Made by a program: the position numbers and the translations under genes. 43,096 bases of DNA from a phage, in the sequence record PZ445463.1; one strand, written 5' to 3'. Positions 8,420 through 17,712 of the stretch are shown here, piece after piece (position 1 is the first letter of the stretch; each line of letters opens with the position of its first letter). The notes below the pieces were generated by a model, which made no database searches, was not told the origin of the DNA, and worked only from the letters and a program-made list of their open reading frames with translations.

Positions 8420-9034
8420 ATGGCGAAGACTAAATCAGAGATGTTTACTCTTATCGGCGCAAACCTCCCCGATAACACTACCGGGCTTATTACCCCAGCA
8501 GCGTTGCGCGAGGTAATGACACAGATGGCTGACTCACCTATTTACGCCACTCCAGGTGTTAAAGAGGTTGAAGTTCTCCGTGCCGCGTCTACGGTAACCC
8601 AAGCGCCTACCGCGGTAGATACGGCATTGCAGTTAACTTTCGGTGCAGCTCAGGGTAGTGCATCCGACCCGGTAATGATTAATGCTGCGGGGCTGGTTAC
8701 ATTCAACACCGCCGGTAACTACGCCGTTCGCATCAAGTTACAGGCAGGCCGCACAGGTGCCAGCGGAACGTCTATCCTGTTATCGCGCATTCTTCTTAAC
8801 GGAGCTCAATACGGCTCACCAGCTGCCACGAAACTGGTAAGCGCCGATGTAACAATCCCGATTGAATCCCGCGTCGTTATTAACCCAGCCGCAGGCCAGA
8901 CGTTTGCCGTTCAGATTATGCGGGATAGCGTCGGAACTAACTTCGGTGGTGTATACCCGCAAGTAGCTACCGTAACCGCATGGGGTACAGCACCGTCAGC
9001 GTTACTGGTTATTTCGGGACTGGAGGCTGCGTAA
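8420..9034 (+). CDS. Structural protein (head-tail joining block)
   Basis: 204 aa ORF tightly packed after 7905-8417; synteny only. Confidence 0.4.
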   Translation: MAKTKSEMFTLIGANLPDNTTGLITPAALREVMTQMADSPIYATPGVKEVEVLRAASTVTQAPTAVDTALQLTFGAAQGSASDPVMINAAGLVTFNTAGNYAVRIKLQAGRTGASGTSILLSRILLNGAQYGSPAATKLVSADVTIPIESRVVINPAAGQTFAVQIMRDSVGTNFGGVYPQVATVTAWGTAPSALLVISGLEAA

Positions 9035-9147
9035 TGGAGGTTAAAAAACGCCTAGTAATAAAACGTAGTTACGGTTATAAGAAGCGGTTGTCTGATGCAA
9101 GTAAGGAATTAGCCAACATTCTTTCGACCAAGAGAGGGTTAGAATGA
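9034..9147 (+). CDS. Hypothetical 37 aa basic protein
   Basis: Coupled at both ends (TAATG at 9032-9036, ATGA at 9144-9147); unannotated in ORF track. Confidence 0.3.
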   Translation: MEVKKRLVIKRSYGYKKRLSDASKELANILSTKRGLE

Positions 9148-9503
9148 GCACCGCTTTCAGTAAACGTATGCAAGGCGTAGGCACACGCCTGCTAACCAAG
9201 TTCGGCAGCACGGTATCTCTCGTCCGCGCTGGCTCGAAAGTGTGGGATGAAGTTCTCGGTGAATACGTCTGGTCTGCGGATGAAGTGTTGCCGTTGAAGG
9301 CTGTTCCGGTTCCGGTAAACGCGGGACTGGTAAACGGTACGACGATTCAGGCTGGCGACATGATTGTTAAAGCGGATTGCAGCGTCGTTCCGAAGATGGA
9401 AGACAAAGTGCAATTCGGTGGCGAGCAGTGGTCTGTCGTAGCCATTGAGAAGAAGATGGTTAACGATGATGTCGTGGCATACTTTATTCAGGTGAGAAAA
9501 TGA
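9144..9503 (+). CDS. Head-tail adaptor / tail completion protein (by position)
   Basis: 119 aa ORF in connector block; synteny only. Confidence 0.4.
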   Translation: MSTAFSKRMQGVGTRLLTKFGSTVSLVRAGSKVWDEVLGEYVWSADEVLPLKAVPVPVNAGLVNGTTIQAGDMIVKADCSVVPKMEDKVQFGGEQWSVVAIEKKMVNDDVVAYFIQVRK

Positions 9504-9895
9504 GTTTCGCGCTTGATGTCTCTAAGTTCGTGGAAAAGGCGAAGAAGAACCCCGAGAAGGTGATGCGTCAGGTGTCTATCAAGCTGTTTTCCGCTATTAT
9601 AAAGGCGAGTCCGGTAGATACAGGCCGGTTCCGAATGAACTGGATGGCATCTGGTGGTACTCCTGCTTCCGGGATTACGGATGCTACGGATAAATCAGGA
9701 AACACAGCAACCGGAAACGCTACAAGTTTCGTGCTGAAAGCCACCGACTGGCATGAGTTCACGCTGACAAATAACCTGCCGTATGCACAACGGCTGGAGT
9801 ATGGCTGGTCGCAACAGGCCCCGCAAGGATTCGTCAGGACTAACGTGTCCCGCTTCCAGCAACTCATTAACGAAGAAGCTAGCAAGGTGAGATGA
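9500..9895 (+). CDS. Head-tail joining protein (by position)
   Basis: 131 aa ORF with ATGA overlap to neighbours. Confidence 0.4.
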   Translation: MSFALDVSKFVEKAKKNPEKVMRQVSIKLFSAIIKASPVDTGRFRMNWMASGGTPASGITDATDKSGNTATGNATSFVLKATDWHEFTLTNNLPYAQRLEYGWSQQAPQGFVRTNVSRFQQLINEEASKVR

Positions 9896-10308
9896 TGGGC
9901 TACTTTGAGGACTTAACAAAAGCGTTTGATGTGCCGCTGGTAGCCTTCGGAACCACCAACGGCATCAAGGTAGCGCTTGAAAACATCGACGCGCCGACGT
10001 CAACAGATACGCCGTATCTGGCAAGTTACATGTTGCTGGCGGATACCGAGCAGGCTGACTTATTCTTCACGGAACAACGCGCCGGTGTCTATCAGATAGA
10101 CATTAACTACGCATCGGTGAAAGGTAGCGCGCCAATCAATAAAATGGCAGACTTACTTAACACGGCGTTTAAAGCAGGTAAGTCATTTTCGCGTAACGAC
10201 ATCTGCGCCGAGGTTCAATCGGTTAGCCTGGGGCCGCTGATTGTAGAAAACGGATGGGCCAAACGGCCATTGTCAATTAACTTTATAGCATTCACCAAGA
10301 GGCTGTGA
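9892..10308 (+). CDS. Tail terminator / tail completion protein (by position)
   Basis: 138 aa ORF immediately upstream of major tail protein gene. Confidence 0.4.
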   Translation: MMGYFEDLTKAFDVPLVAFGTTNGIKVALENIDAPTSTDTPYLASYMLLADTEQADLFFTEQRAGVYQIDINYASVKGSAPINKMADLLNTAFKAGKSFSRNDICAEVQSVSLGPLIVENGWAKRPLSINFIAFTKRL

Positions 10309-11477
10309 ATATGGCTACAACTCCTTTTAAGGGCGCGAATACCGCGCAATTCTATGTGGCGGAAGTGACCCCGGGTGTAACACCGACTAACCCGGTCTGG
10401 TCACCATTACGTAACACGGGCGGTGTTCCTGCCATTACCCGTGACACACTGACCTCCAACGAACTCGACGGCAGCCGTGAAACTACATCCATCCGCACCG
10501 GTAACAAACAGGTTAGCGGTGAATACGCAATTGAGCTTAGCTCTAAAAGCCAGGATGACTGGCTAGCCGGGGCTTTAGGCTCTACGTGGCAGGCTGGCGT
10601 ATCTCTGTCAGGGCTATCGATTACCGTCGCACCGGCTGGCAAGACGTTCACACGTGCCACCGGCAGCTTTATCACTGACGGAGTTGGGGTAGGCGACCTG
10701 ATTGCGTTTACCGATTTAACTGGCGATAATGCAAAACCATTTATTGTTACTGCAGTAACGGCTACGGTTGTTACTGGTGCAGGCATCCAACACACCCTGA
10801 CCACCGAGACAAAAACTAGTAAGGCTAAAACTGGCGACACGCTGGAAACCGGTAATACGTGTAAGACGTTCTCTATCCTTACCTGGTACAAAGGCCAGTG
10901 CGGCGGTACTGACGCGTACACGTTAACCAAAGGCGTGGAAGTTTCTGGTTTTACCATCGAACAGGCTGTTAACGCGATGGTAACTGGCAGCTTCCCATTC
11001 ATCGGTCGCAGTCAGGAGATTCTCACCACGCCGCCGACCGGTTCCAACTTCTCATCTGTTACTTTTGGTGATGAGCCGTTTTCTTCGGTTGACGTTTCCG
11101 TGTTCGATGGCTCCACGCCGTTGCGTTGCGACAGCCTGACCATCACCAACGACAACAGCGCATCCGCGCAGTTCGAACTCGGCAACACTAACGTAGCGTT
11201 TGTAGAACGTAGCCGCGCGGCTAACACCTTCTCCATCTCCGGCAAGCTGTATGACATGGCGATGATTCAGAAGTTTATCAACGAGCAGCAGGTAGAGATT
11301 AACTCTATTCTGGCGGGGGTAAACGGGGCTATGTCTTTCAGTTTGAAACGTGCGGAGCTTACGGCAGTTACCCCAGAGATTGGCGGACCTGAGTCAATCA
11401 CTCAGTCCATTGAAGGCCAGGCTACTGGCAACCAGTACCAGTCGTCTATTGTTATTCAGCGTATCACCTACGCATAA
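10305..11477 (+). CDS. Major tail protein
   Basis: 390 aa T/S/G-rich ORF between connector genes and chaperone/tape-measure genes; followed by strong terminator 11482-11507. Confidence 0.6.
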   Translation: MNMATTPFKGANTAQFYVAEVTPGVTPTNPVWSPLRNTGGVPAITRDTLTSNELDGSRETTSIRTGNKQVSGEYAIELSSKSQDDWLAGALGSTWQAGVSLSGLSITVAPAGKTFTRATGSFITDGVGVGDLIAFTDLTGDNAKPFIVTAVTATVVTGAGIQHTLTTETKTSKAKTGDTLETGNTCKTFSILTWYKGQCGGTDAYTLTKGVEVSGFTIEQAVNAMVTGSFPFIGRSQEILTTPPTGSNFSSVTFGDEPFSSVDVSVFDGSTPLRCDSLTITNDNSASAQFELGNTNVAFVERSRAANTFSISGKLYDMAMIQKFINEQQVEINSILAGVNGAMSFSLKRAELTAVTPEIGGPESITQSIEGQATGNQYQSSIVIQRITYA

Positions 11478-11481
11478 AACT

Positions 11482-11507
11482 AAGGCCCCGAAAGGGGCCT
11501 TTTTTAT
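11482..11507. terminator. Bidirectional rho-independent terminator closing major tail gene and reverse-strand island
   Basis: aaggcccc-gaaa-ggggcctt then tttttatt. Confidence 0.65.
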
Positions 11508-11737
11508 TACTCATCAATGTTACTCCTGTACTCCCGTAACTTTTCCAGACTTTCAATTGCTTCCGCTAAGTCGGTTCCGGTGTCCTTGTGTCCACGTAAA
11601 CCCATGCACAATAGCTTCTTCAATGCGTGCTGTAACGCCGGGTCGCGGATGTCGAAAGCGCGGAGCACATCATAAACGTCTACTGTCATAGTGCTGCCGT
11701 GAGTATTTGTCATTGTGCGGTTGTATTTTGAAGTCAT
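11507..11737 (-). CDS. Hypothetical 76 aa protein (third gene of reverse-strand island)
   Basis: ATGA-coupled to upstream metallophosphoesterase gene; stop lies in terminator T-tract. Confidence 0.55.
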   Translation of the reverse strand: MTSKYNRTMTNTHGSTMTVDVYDVLRAFDIRDPALQHALKKLLCMGLRGHKDTGTDLAEAIESLEKLREYRSNIDE

Positions 11738-12864
11738 CCCAGCATCTCCGGTGAAATAGTTAAACGTGCGACCTCGCCATATTCGGCGCTATAAGTAATT
11801 ACGTTTGCGCTACGCCCAGACATCCATCCGCCGCGCGAGGCGTAGGCGTCTTTCGCCGCTAAGGTGCGGTGTTGCTCAACAATCATGTTACGGCTTTCTA
11901 CAATCTTCTGGTGGTGCAGATGGCCTACGTGGGCGTAGCTGTAAACACTCTCGCCGAACGCTTTACGGAACTTGGCAATCATAACCGGTTCGATAGCGTC
12001 GAATCGTGCTTTATGCCCGTGATGGAAGAACAGCGTCGTTTTGCCGTGTTGCACCATCTTATAAACATCCGGCGACGTATCGACGAATACACGAGGCTCG
12101 TTGTCGTACAGTGTGCTGAACATCTCCGCCAGCCAAATCATTCCGCTTTCGTCGTGGTTCCCTTGCACTATAAGCAAGCGAACATTTTTATGCTTAACCA
12201 GTGCCATATCTACAACACGGCGCACCATACGAATCATGTAGCGAACAAGTTTTTGGTAGCGAGTGTCCGCGTCAAGGGCGTGACCGCTTGCTGGCGTAAC
12301 GGCAACCAGACTATCGAAGTGCGCGAAGTCACCTAACAGGTTAATAACTCCAGTTCCTGCATCCGGTGCTTTCTGAAACGCCGCGTCGAACCAGCGGGAG
12401 AACAGGTCTTCCGCAATCTTCATGTCCCAGTCGTCGCCGCTCTCGTCGGCCCAGGCCAGCATACCGAGATGAAAATCAGATACCGTGTAAAGATTGAGTA
12501 GCTTGCCGTCGCGTTTGGCGCGTGCTGCTTTAACAGGGGCGACTGGTGTAATCTCTGATTTCATTCCTTCGATTACGGCTTTCATCAACTCGACCTGACG
12601 TTCGGCATCGGTGTCTGTCTTAACCCATTGCAACTTAGTGTTGCCGAACTCGTCCACAAGTGACGACGTTCCTTTAATCTTGTAGCCATCTGGCACAAGG
12701 TGACTAACGTCACGTCCGTGGCCTACGCCTTTCTTAGCCAGCTTCGCTTTACGGATACGAATAACGCGGTCTGAGATGCCGTATTTACGGGCGATGTCTA
12801 CATTCTTCATCCCGGCGTTCAATTCTTCCTGTAACTGTTCGTCGGTTATTTTCTTCTGGGCCAT
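11734..12864 (-). CDS. HTH domain fused to Mre11/SbcD-like calcineurin-type metallophosphoesterase
   Basis: N-terminal HTH-like DIARKYGISDRVIRIRKAKL; metallophosphatase motifs in canonical order: SDFHLG (D-x-H), LLGDFAHFD (GD-x-x-D), VQGNHDE (GNHD/E), FHHGH, VGHLHH (GH-x-H). Confidence 0.7.
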   Translation of the reverse strand: MAQKKITDEQLQEELNAGMKNVDIARKYGISDRVIRIRKAKLAKKGVGHGRDVSHLVPDGYKIKGTSSLVDEFGNTKLQWVKTDTDAERQVELMKAVIEGMKSEITPVAPVKAARAKRDGKLLNLYTVSDFHLGMLAWADESGDDWDMKIAEDLFSRWFDAAFQKAPDAGTGVINLLGDFAHFDSLVAVTPASGHALDADTRYQKLVRYMIRMVRRVVDMALVKHKNVRLLIVQGNHDESGMIWLAEMFSTLYDNEPRVFVDTSPDVYKMVQHGKTTLFFHHGHKARFDAIEPVMIAKFRKAFGESVYSYAHVGHLHHQKIVESRNMIVEQHRTLAAKDAYASRGGWMSGRSANVITYSAEYGEVARLTISPEMLG

Positions 12865-12903
12865 GCTTTACTTCCTCGTGTTTAGGATTTGTCCTATACT
12901 AGC

Positions 12904-13095
12904 TCACTTCTCGTTAACATTCGAGTTGCAGGCCCAGATTAAAATAAATACCCACGGCAGCAGAACCCAACCAAGAAACAGATTAGCCATGAATATCGCT
13001 AATTTCGCTTTATGGTTGCGGAAGTATGCAACCAAGAAAGGTGCGAAATAGGCGAGCAGTGCAAACAGAATTAAGGAAACTGGTAAACTTGACAT
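12904..13095 (-). CDS. Small two-helix membrane protein (63 aa)
   Basis: Hydrophobic segments LPVSLILFALLAYFAPFLVAYF and IFMANLFLGWVLLPWVFILIWA; start set at second ATG (13095) with AAGGGG SD; first gene after promoter 13126-13154. Confidence 0.55.
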   Translation of the reverse strand: MSSLPVSLILFALLAYFAPFLVAYFRNHKAKLAIFMANLFLGWVLLPWVFILIWACNSNVNEK

Positions 13096-13125
13096 TTTAA
13101 ACCCCTTCATTGTTGGTGTAAGCGA

Positions 13126-13154
13126 ATAGTACCCTATTATATTGGGGTGTGCAA
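13126..13154 (-). promoter_or_regulatory. sigma70-like promoter TTGCAC-N17-TACTAT (exact copy of 4601-4629)
   Basis: Identical 31-mer; positioned upstream of reverse-strand island genes. Confidence 0.55.
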
Positions 13155-13261
13155 GTAATGTGATAGAATAATTTTGCGCCTAGTGTCGCACACGAAAAGC
13201 GGGTGGTTCCCGTCTGGCGCGTCAATCTTAACCTGTAACCTCTTAACCAAAGGATTAAAGA

Positions 13262-13678
13262 ATGAAACTTTCTGATTTTTATTTCGAAGAGAAAGCGCTG
13301 GTAGGCAAGAAGATGCCGATTCTCCTGCCGAATGGCGAAGACTCCGGTGAGTGGCTTAACGTTGTAAGCCCGGATGCGGATGCCGCCGTTAAAGCGGGGC
13401 GTGCTTTCATTATCGCGTACCGTCGCGGACTGGCGCGTTTCGAAGAACTGGAAAAAGCTGCCAAAGAATCCGGCGACTATACTGAATATAACCTGGCGGT
13501 TAACGAACTGGCCGAAGACCTCAACCGGCAACTTGCAGCAGAAGTAGTAAACGGCTGGAGCTTTGACGAGCCTTTCTCTAAGGAAGCGTTTAGTAAATTG
13601 CTCGACCAGTTCAAGGCATTAGGCACACAAGTAGCGGCGTTCCATAACGCCGAGCGCAAAGCATTACAGGAAAAGTAG
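13262..13678 (+). CDS. Tail assembly chaperone (G-like)
   Basis: 138 aa acidic ORF immediately upstream of tape measure gene with AAAGGA SD; overlapping -1 frame ORF follows. Confidence 0.55.
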   Translation: MKLSDFYFEEKALVGKKMPILLPNGEDSGEWLNVVSPDADAAVKAGRAFIIAYRRGLARFEELEKAAKESGDYTEYNLAVNELAEDLNRQLAAEVVNGWSFDEPFSKEAFSKLLDQFKALGTQVAAFHNAERKALQEK

Positions 13679-14043
13679 ACGCGCTGTACAGGTTCGCCAC
13701 CTACGAGTTCGTCGATAAGCATAAAATCAGAGAGTTTGATTCTATAGCTGACGGACACGAACAGGCGCTTATCGCGATGGGTGTAATCGATAAGAAAAAA
13801 CGTGCAGCGCGACGGGGTGGGCCAGAATGCCCGCCCCTTTTTATATCCACCTTTGAGACGTATTGCGACATTAAGTTTACGCGACACGTGCGCGAGGACG
13901 CTGTAGTATTGTTTGCAAGAGAATCCGTTACGTGGCAAGACCTGAAAGCCTATCTCGATGTTACGCAAAAACAGCTTAGCCTGTTCGAGATAGACATTAT
14001 CATGGGCTTAGAAGCAATCTTTGAAGGTAGAAATCATGGCTGA
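13648..14043 (+). CDS. Putative -1 frameshift extension of tail chaperone (T-like segment of G/GT)
   Basis: Frame open from 13648 to 14043, -1 relative to 13262-13678; A-rich GGAAAAG at 13669-13675 directly before the G stop; runs to tape measure start. Confidence 0.4.
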   Translation, partial: RRAQSITGKVDALYRFATYEFVDKHKIREFDSIADGHEQALIAMGVIDKKKRAARRGGPECPPLFISTFETYCDIKFTRHVREDAVVLFARESVTWQDLKAYLDVTQKQLSLFEIDIIMGLEAIFEGRNHG

Positions 14044-16309
14044 TACCGCTAGCTTGATAGTACGAGTATCATCGACCGGCGTCGATAAAACCACATCACA
14101 ACTGAATGGTCTAACCAAAGCCGCGGGGGCTGCTGCCGCTGCTGTTGTTAGCCTGGAAACCGCTAAGCAGGTGTTCAGTGCGCTGGTGGCCTCTCAGCGC
14201 AACTTCGATAAGCTGAACTCAGGCCTCATCACAATGACCGGGAGTGCTGAGAACGCGGCTAAGGCTTTCAGCGTCCTGCAACAGTTCGCAAAAGAAACCC
14301 CGTATGGTCTTAACCAGGCGGTGGAAGGCTTTACTAAACTTGTAGCCCTCGGCCTGAACCCCAGCAAAGAAGCGTTAATCTCCTACGGCAACACCGCCGC
14401 TGCGATGGGTAAAGACCTTAATCAGATGATTGAGGCTGTGGCGGACGCCAGTACCTTTGAGTTTGAGCGCTTAAAAGAGTTCGGTATCAAGTCCTCCCAA
14501 CAGGCGGATACAGTTTCGTTTACGTTCCGCGGCGTAACGACCACGGTTAAAAAGAACTCCGAAGAGATTCAGAAATACCTTCTGAGCATCGGCAACACCG
14601 ATTTCGCCGGGGCGATGGAGACGCGCTCGAAGACCTTAGACGGTCAGTTGTCTAGCCTCGCCGACTCCTTCGATGGTCTTGTACTTGCGGTGGCGCAGTC
14701 TGGTTTTGGAGACGCGGTAGGTGAACAAGCGGCAACAGCGGAAGATGCTATTACTGCACTCACCGACGCTATCGCGTCTAATGAGATAGCCGCCACGCTC
14801 CAGGATTGGGTGACACTGTTCAATGAGTCGTTCAAGTTTATTTCTGATGCCCTGAATGACCTGGCATTTGACACCGAGGACAAATCCGCTGATATGTCCG
14901 ACTCGCTGGGCACTATACCAGACGCTATCCGTGAGTGGCTGCCTGACATTCAGCAGACGTTCCACGAGGTTATTGCATGGTTCCAGCGCATTGACGATTA
15001 CGCCGTAGCGTTAGGTCAGACCCTTGCCGACGTGTTTGACCCGAGCAAAACGGCAGCGCTCACATTTAAAAACCTGACCGCAGAGGCCGACGCCGCATAC
15101 GCCGCCAGTATAAAACGTGCGGAGGCTGAATCGCAGGCCATTACAGACAGGTCTAAGCAGCGTAAGAAAGAAATTGAGGAACAGCGCAAGCAGTACGACG
15201 AGCGCAAGAAGCAAGAAATTGACTTAGCCAGCCTTGTTAATAAAAAGGGTGGAACTGGTGGCACCGGAAACGCTGACGATAAAGCGACAAAAGCGGCTGC
15301 CAAGAAAGCAGAACAATTGCGGAATCAGGCGCAAGATTACCTCGACACTTTGGCCCGCCAGAACAACGATGAGTTAAAGGCTATCGACGCGCAGGAACAG
15401 CAGAAACTGGCTAAGGCAAAAGAGTTCTACAGCCAGGGCGCGCTGTCGCTGAAAGAATACGAGCAAGCAAAAACGGCTATTGTCCTTGAAGCAGGGCAAA
15501 AACGCCAAGATGAACTGGATAAACGTCAGAAAGAAGCCCTGGAAAAGCAGCAGAAAGGTGACGACTTCATGTCTCAGATTATGGGCCAGAACGCCACTGA
15601 GCTTGAGCTTCTCGATATCCAGGAACAGCAGAAACTGGCTGTCGCAGATAAGTACCGCGAACAGGGTCTGATTAGCGAGAAGCAGTACCAGGCCGCGCTT
15701 AACGCCATCAACGAGCAGTACGCCACGAAACGCGCCGACGCAACGGCAACCGCCTTTGGTAACATGGCCTCAAACATCGGTTCGGCTTTGGGCGAGGCTT
15801 CTGGCGCGTATAAGGCATTCGCTATCGTACAGGCCACTATAGCCACATACACCGCAGCTATTGAGGCGTACAAGTCCACGGCTGCTATCCCTGTAGTTGG
15901 CCCGTTCCTGGCCCCTGTAGCCGCTGCCGCAGCCGTTGGGGCGGGTATGGCGCAGATTTCCGCTATCAGGTCCGCGCGTGAACAGGGCGGTCAGTTATCC
16001 GCGGGGCAGGCTTCTACTATCGCCGAACGCGGTAAACCTGAGGTAATTATGCCGGCGGGGGCGTCGCGAGTACGCACCGCGCAACAAATGAAAGAGATTA
16101 TGGGCCAAAACGGGTCTTCTTCCGGCCCATCTAATGTTACTATCGTAAACAACACGAGTTCGCAAATCGGCAACGTATCTACTGAACAGGATGATGAAGG
16201 GCGTCTGCGCATCATCATCGAGGAGCAGGTAGCTGCCTCTTTGCAGAACAGTAATAGTAAGATTAGCAAGGCCCGCAAGGCCACAAGAAACGCGCCGGGG
16301 TTTAAATAA
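14021..16309 (+). CDS. Tail tape measure protein
   Basis: 762 aa Ala/Gln-rich coiled-coil protein with repeated QEQQKLA segments; position after chaperones. Confidence 0.8.
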   Translation: MKVEIMADTASLIVRVSSTGVDKTTSQLNGLTKAAGAAAAAVVSLETAKQVFSALVASQRNFDKLNSGLITMTGSAENAAKAFSVLQQFAKETPYGLNQAVEGFTKLVALGLNPSKEALISYGNTAAAMGKDLNQMIEAVADASTFEFERLKEFGIKSSQQADTVSFTFRGVTTTVKKNSEEIQKYLLSIGNTDFAGAMETRSKTLDGQLSSLADSFDGLVLAVAQSGFGDAVGEQAATAEDAITALTDAIASNEIAATLQDWVTLFNESFKFISDALNDLAFDTEDKSADMSDSLGTIPDAIREWLPDIQQTFHEVIAWFQRIDDYAVALGQTLADVFDPSKTAALTFKNLTAEADAAYAASIKRAEAESQAITDRSKQRKKEIEEQRKQYDERKKQEIDLASLVNKKGGTGGTGNADDKATKAAAKKAEQLRNQAQDYLDTLARQNNDELKAIDAQEQQKLAKAKEFYSQGALSLKEYEQAKTAIVLEAGQKRQDELDKRQKEALEKQQKGDDFMSQIMGQNATELELLDIQEQQKLAVADKYREQGLISEKQYQAALNAINEQYATKRADATATAFGNMASNIGSALGEASGAYKAFAIVQATIATYTAAIEAYKSTAAIPVVGPFLAPVAAAAAVGAGMAQISAIRSAREQGGQLSAGQASTIAERGKPEVIMPAGASRVRTAQQMKEIMGQNGSSSGPSNVTIVNNTSSQIGNVSTEQDDEGRLRIIIEEQVAASLQNSNSKISKARKATRNAPGFK

Positions 16310-17709
16310 TGAGCGACTTATACTTTCCACGTAGCCTTAAGCCAGTGGTATCGAAAGGCTACTCAATGACCAGACGCAACAACGTCTGGAGTGTAGATTT
16401 AGCCGGTGGCGGAGTGCGTCAAGGCCGTGACACGTATTATGATGTGTTCCCAATAAGCGTAACCCTGATTACATCTGCACTAGGGCGACAGGCGTTCCTG
16501 TCGTTCCTTGAGAAAGTGGACGGCGGCGCGTCAAGTTTCTGGATGGCGCATGACTTCGGCATGGGTATTGAAGATTATCAGGTAACCATCACGTCCACCA
16601 TCGCGGAGTCCACCGAAGACGGCATTAACTGGACGATTACTTTCACGGCAACCGCCGAGAAATCCCCGTTCCAGGACCTCGAGAACCAGTGTCTTGTCAA
16701 TAATCTGCCGGATTTGTATGGTTGCTATGGTGACGGGCTGGGGTGTTTCCTGAAAATATACGCGAACTATGAGACAACGTTCCCGCGAATCTGGAGTAAT
16801 GAAGGCCCTGCCGGATATCCGCCGATTAACCTTCTGGCGTCGACTCTTGATAGCCGCATTGTGTATGAAGGGCCGCAGGTTTATTACATCAACCGCAACG
16901 GCAATCTTGTGCAGTCCGCCACTAATGAATGGCCTCTTACGTTTATCGATGGAGTTGCTGTTGGGCGTGTACCACCGGAAAAGGCGGCTACCAATGTGGT
17001 AGAACATTCTAACAACTTACTATCTACATCATTTTCGCGCACCAGAACAACAACTACGGCGAGTTCTTTGGCGTTATTCCAAGAAACTTATGCTGCTAAA
17101 TTAACCGCAACGTCGGTATCAGGTAACCATTATATAAACAAGGCAGAGGCCCCAGAACAAGAAACAAGATACTCTATTAGTGCTATTATAAAAGCAGATG
17201 AGTACCAGTCGGCAGCGGTATCCATCGGCAACCGAGCCGCTTTAGATAATTTCCAGTATGCCTATGTTGACTTAGCCTCCGGCTATTTGATATCAGGCGA
17301 CACCTCAAGGTCGTTCGTAAGCAATCTTGGTGGTGGGTGGTATCACGTTTCAATGTCAGCGGACACTAACGACTCCGGCGGATTGATTTATTCGCAGATA
17401 AACATGTTGTCTCCGTCTAACTCCCTCACCTTCACAGGGGATGATGTCAGTGGGTTCATTATAGCCCTAATCCAGATGGAGCCTTCAGAGTTTGCCTCCT
17501 CCCCGATAGTGACCGAGGAGTCACCGGTAACTCGTCCAACGGCATCAGCAAAAGTGGCAATGAACGGCGCGACAAGCATCGACATTACCTATTCCGACGG
17601 CTCTGTGGTAAACGTTCTGGCGGCAGATGATTACGCAACCATCCCGCAGGCTGATTCCGCGTGGGGTAGCAAGTACATCACTCGTATTGATTTTAATGTG
17701 GACGGTTAA
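16309..17709 (+). CDS. Minor / distal tail protein
   Basis: 466 aa ORF ATG-overlapping the tape measure stop; synteny. Confidence 0.5.
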   Translation: MSDLYFPRSLKPVVSKGYSMTRRNNVWSVDLAGGGVRQGRDTYYDVFPISVTLITSALGRQAFLSFLEKVDGGASSFWMAHDFGMGIEDYQVTITSTIAESTEDGINWTITFTATAEKSPFQDLENQCLVNNLPDLYGCYGDGLGCFLKIYANYETTFPRIWSNEGPAGYPPINLLASTLDSRIVYEGPQVYYINRNGNLVQSATNEWPLTFIDGVAVGRVPPEKAATNVVEHSNNLLSTSFSRTRTTTTASSLALFQETYAAKLTATSVSGNHYINKAEAPEQETRYSISAIIKADEYQSAAVSIGNRAALDNFQYAYVDLASGYLISGDTSRSFVSNLGGGWYHVSMSADTNDSGGLIYSQINMLSPSNSLTFTGDDVSGFIIALIQMEPSEFASSPIVTEESPVTRPTASAKVAMNGATSIDITYSDGSVVNVLAADDYATIPQADSAWGSKYITRIDFNVDG

Positions 17710-17712
17710 TTT

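Noticed and set aside
10352-11002. - strand ORF antisense to the major tail protein gene
   Set aside because: Entirely within a well-supported + strand structural gene; composition typical of an antisense frame.
11869-12336. + strand ORF inside the metallophosphoesterase gene
   Set aside because: Antisense to a gene with clear catalytic motifs; no ribosome-binding site; considered a shadow ORF.
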